Shown here: positions 60,095 to 64,000 of the stretch, in pieces
Position numbering within the stretch: the stretch's first letter is position 1
How the letters are laid out: each line of letters opens with the position of its first letter
NCBI GenBank assembly: GCA_051362555.1
Contig: CM120645.1
Span: 20,274,001 to 20,338,000, forward strand
From: Lingula anatina
Taxonomy: Eukaryota; Animalia; Brachiopoda
Direction of reading: 5' to 3'
DNA: 64,000 bases
Position numbers and translations under genes: made by a program
Notes under the pieces: generated by a model
What the model was told of the DNA's origin: nothing
What the model saw: the letters and a program-made list of their open reading frames with translations, nothing else
Database searches by the model: none

Positions 60095-61705
60095 CACGCC
60101 TTGTTCTATCTGGCTTCCAGCACGTATACAAACCACAACAACTGTTAAATGGATGCTATAATGTTTTTAACGCGGAAACACGATGGCCTTCAGTACATGT
60201 TAACGTCGAATTGTTTGTATGCCAATCAGCCTTGCGCATCGGCTTTCACACATTCCGAGGTAACATTAAGGGGGCTATAATTAGTTTAAAAGCTACATTT
60301 GTATAAAAGTAAGCTTGATTAAAGCTGTGTATGCGCATAAAGAATAGATGAATGAAATCCAACTTGTGTCGCCATCTATTGACTGTGTAGACTAGGGAAC
60401 GGGAGTCTTAAATTTTGGCAGTCGGAAAGGGCAAAAGATAACAGTGTAATAGGGGGCGAGCATACCAAACTAAAGAGTCAGCGAAGTTTACCAATACTGA
60501 GACTAATTATCTGCTCATTGTGTCAATATCATTTTATTACAGTGATTGTAATCCGATTAAGATTACACAGCACAAAGGCTATTGAAATGATATATAACTA
60601 AATGGAAAAAAACTAATTTCAATTTAAAACTAGTTTTTTTAAAGCATCGGCATGGCAATTCTTTATTACTTTACGACAAGTATATCACACAGCATGCCAT
60701 CTTCAGGCTAACAAAAATTTACTCCATCATTCTACTTCTATGGTATTACAGATTTACTTTATTATTGGGTAATGAACAGTATTTATACTTATGATATACA
60801 TGGTCGCCAAGCACCTATGGTGTTTAAGCTGAAACAAGGTTACCTTGTTTGTATATTTATTTATTTATTTATTTATTTATTTATTTGTACATTTAACATT
60901 AATTTATTCAATCCCCCAGTCACTTATTTATCTATTTATTATCAATTTATTTATTTATTCGATAATGGAGTCTTGTTTATATTATTTCAGGTACATGGGA
61001 CACGAATGGATGGACGTGGACATCCCCACAAGACTGGAGAGCCGTCTCTTCCAACATCCCATCACCAAAATCATCTGGTTGTTCTTTCATCCGGCCATCC
61101 ACGCGCTGCGACCCATGTATAAAAGCCCAAAGAACCTCACGAAGCTCGAAATCACAAACGTCCTCGTTCAGTGCTCGTGGAATCTCCTTATCTATCATTA
61201 CCTCGGCGGGAAATCTCTTGCTTACCTGGCTTTGGGAACGCTCTTTGGGTTCGGTTGTCACCCATGTGCTGGTCACTTCATCTCAGAGCATTATCTGTTC
61301 CAAGGCACCCAGGCCACCCATTCCTATTATGGACCCATGAACGCCATACTGTTCAACGTTGGCTACCACGTCGAGCATCACGATTTCCCGTATATTCCCT
61401 ACAGGAGACTTCCCCGCTTGAAGGAAATCGCTCCCGAGTACTATGCCGATTTGCCGTATCATACCTCCTGGTGTAAGGTTCTATGGGATTTCATATTCCA
61501 ATCTCATATGGGACCAATGGCGCATGGGGTCGGCATGGAAGGGGGGTTTAAACCAGCCAACGAAAAGGATGAAAAAGTCAAAGAGAAATGCCCGGATTTT
61601 GCTGGATTTGTGAAACAAAATGGGCATAACCAGCCTTTTGTGAACGGGCATGATCAGCCCATTGCCTGCCGAACCAGAAAAGCCAAAGCTACTTTGACAC
61701 ACTAA
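56536..61705 (+). CDS. DEGS1: Sphingolipid delta(4)-desaturase (DES1/DEGS family), 2 exons, 388 aa
   Basis: Exons 56536-56987 and 60991-61705 joined in phase 2. Three His boxes HEIGH, HSDHH, HVEHH; EEPH..RR.EIL.KHPEIK.LMG; AGHFISEHY; FNVGYH.EHHDFP. DEGS1 versus a divergent paralog is unresolved. Confidence 0.88.
58362..58634. mobile_element. Foldback MITE (near-perfect ~270-bp palindrome) in the DEGS intron
   Basis: aggcttcgttcacatgcaatgtctattttctaaattc ... gaatttagaaaatagacattgcatgtgaacgaagcct; the arms pair right up to the centre. Termini resemble PIF/Harbinger TIRs; flanked by TA. Confidence 0.85.
60101..60298. repeat. Dispersed ~200-bp repeat, copy 1, next to a (TTA)n tract
   Basis: Aligns collinearly with 63116-63317. 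Confidence 0.8.
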
Positions 61706-61875
61706 ACTGATCTGTTTTTCTATAAGCTTCTTGCTAACATTTACGTAATCCCCCCCCTTTTTTTTTTTTTTTGGGGGGGGGGGGGTAAATTAATAACTTG
61801 AGGTGGAGTGTGGGTTTGGGTATATTGATGGTAAAGAGGAGGTTTTATTAAGTAAATGTGCTTTTCTGGTCACGA

Positions 61876-62098
61876 TTGTTTCTGTGGGTTATGGAAAATT
61901 AGAACCAGTAGAAAACACATGATGCGGGTACAGAACAATGCTTTTCTACCTATGTTAAACAGGCTGGTGCTGTTTTCATATACTGTAGTTTCTATGGTTT
62001 ATGAAAATCGAAACTAGAACCCATAGAAATAACACACAAACACACGATTCAATTTACAGAATAATGTTCTCTGCCTATATGTTAAACAGGCTGTTGCC
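61876..62098 (+). repeat. Diverged tandem duplication (~100-110 bp unit) 3' of DEGS
   Basis: Two copies of gtttct.tgg.ttatg.aaa..tagaacc...acagaa.aatg.t.t...ccta..tgttaaacaggctg.tgc. Confidence 0.65.
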
Positions 62099-63056
62099 CA
62101 TTGTAGAATATATATTAAAAACTGTCTAGCCTGTTGCTACATTTTCAGTTAATATTTATAATTCATATGAATCTTTTTTATATTCTATTCAATATGTACA
62201 TTGTATATGTCAATTTTTTACATCTTGAGGACTGAGAGTTTTGTCATAAACGGATATTTTGTCGTAGTAAATGAATGGATTGAAAAAAAAAATTTTCTTT
62301 GACGGCAGACTTTGAGTCAGACGCCCTAAGTGTCTGAGTGCCCTTTCCAGTGAAATGCTGTCAGAGCTATTGGTAATTCACCTTCTTTTCTCTGATACAT
62401 AGGATGTTGTTTTCAGGTTGAGGCAGTTGAAATATTTATATTTGTACACTTATTTCGCTTCAGGTTTGTTATGGACCAGTTGTAGAGATTTTATAGTCTT
62501 TGCTATTTTTTACATTCCACATATCTTTTCATTTTTCAATACAGTGGTTCATTAATTCCACTGAAAGTTTTCATTTTCTTACTTTCAAGTCACCTTTCGT
62601 CATTAAACGATATATTAAATTATTTCACTGTTTTGTGTTCTATAAACTATGCTATGCCGAGATGCCGATATTTCCGATCACCATATACTATTTATCACTG
62701 ACTTTCCCAAAACAACCCACCATAATTCTGAAAGTCTATCCTCCATGTTAGCTATATAATGTTGATGTGTGCATTAATTTTTTACAGATTAATATACACA
62801 ATCAATACTCAATAATTTGTATGAGACTCTTGGACATTAGGAATTACATTAGAAAATCAAGTCGACGTGCCAAAAACAGGTATACATCTCTTTCTGGATG
62901 GCTACGATATGTTGCACTGGCGAAAACTCGTTTCTTTACAGCTTATGAGGATTAATTACTTGTCATTCTTAGGTATGATTTTAACCAAAACCACATTATG
63001 TCTCCCTGTCTAAACCAACTTAAAAATATGACATACATTTGAAAAGAATAGGACAA

Positions 63057-63087
<31 letters not shown>

Positions 63088-63115
63088 TTTTACCAGGCAA
63101 TGTACCGTAGGCCTA

Positions 63116-63317
63116 CTTGCTCTATCTGGCTCCCATCACGTATACAAACACCAACAACTGCTTTAAATGGATGCTATAATGTTTTAAACTCGAAATCACG
63201 ATGGCTTTCAGTATATGTTAACGTCTACCTGTTTGTATGCCAATCAACCTTACGCATCGGCTGTCACGCATTCCGAGGTGACATTAAGGTCGCTATAATT
63301 AGTATAAAAACTAAATT
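63116..63317. repeat. Dispersed ~200-bp repeat, copy 2, near a (TTA)n/(TTTA)n tract
   Basis: Aligns collinearly with 60101-60298 in the same orientation. Confidence 0.8.
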
Positions 63318-63620
63318 AGGGTAGGCACAATTTTTTTCAGTTGTTTCAGATCATCACACGCTGTGGCATATGTGTGAAAAATGTTTCCACGGGCAGCCGC
63401 CGCATAACCGAATTTTAGAGTGAGGAACACGGTTGGATTTTATAATTATAGGCTACAGGTGCAAGCAGAATTAGCACGTGCTTAGCTAGTGCACCGCGGC
63501 TAGGGGGATACCGAGCTACCAGAGTAAAACAAAAACATATAAAAGGGAAAAGAGTTTTTAAAAATTGATAAAATGACTTTTTTGAAACAGATTGAACAAG
63601 AAAGAGAAAAAAGTGTGTTT

Positions 63621-63670
<50 letters not shown>

Positions 63671-64000
63671 AAGAGAGAGGACATATGTAGCGTTGGGAGT
63701 TTTTAAAATGTGTGATGGGCGCACCATGGTCCATGGGATAGCCTACTTAGGGCACCAAGTGACCTCAATCCGACGCGGTGATTGAATATTGTGTATATTG
63801 AGTATATTCCTCATGGCAATTTGTTCTCCCTTTGGTGAGAGCTGCTCAGCAATCCACTTTTCACCAATAAGCCGCCAATGTAATGTTTGTCGGTTAACAT
63901 TATGACAAGTGTGACGTTTGGAATATTAAACGATTCAAAGCCTCCAGTTTAGTAATCATAGTGCTTGTGATTATGACACAGCAACAAAGACCACATCTAT

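Noticed and set aside
63717-63855. Possible tRNA or tRNA-derived SINE head
   Set aside because: Only a weak A-box-like motif; no B-box or cloverleaf.

Overview
AT-rich, intron-containing animal genomic DNA (invertebrate, probably lophotrochozoan or mollusc-like; this is an inference). It is not prokaryotic, and no rRNA, tRNA or CRISPR array was seen. Eight protein-coding genes were reconstructed by hand with consistent splice phases: two tandem DD3-3-family secreted-protein paralogs (+; the first is 5'-truncated by the window edge), a TRPV-type channel with about 17-18 ankyrin repeats encoded almost entirely by one 3.8-kb exon (-), DCPS (-) head-to-head with a single-exon C2H2 zinc-finger gene (+), muskelin MKLN1 (-) head-to-head with CPT2 (+), and a divergent DEGS-type sphingolipid desaturase (+). 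Introns and intergenic DNA carry several MITE/foldback families and microsatellites. The most notable points are: the DD3-3 proteins appear to be built from two degenerate copper-protein folds (LPMO-like N-terminus, cupredoxin-like C-terminus; inference); an intron present in only one DD3-3 paralog; the long-ankyrin TRPV channel; a GC-AG intron and a decayed exon duplicate in MKLN1; and a ~270-bp near-perfect foldback in the DEGS intron.
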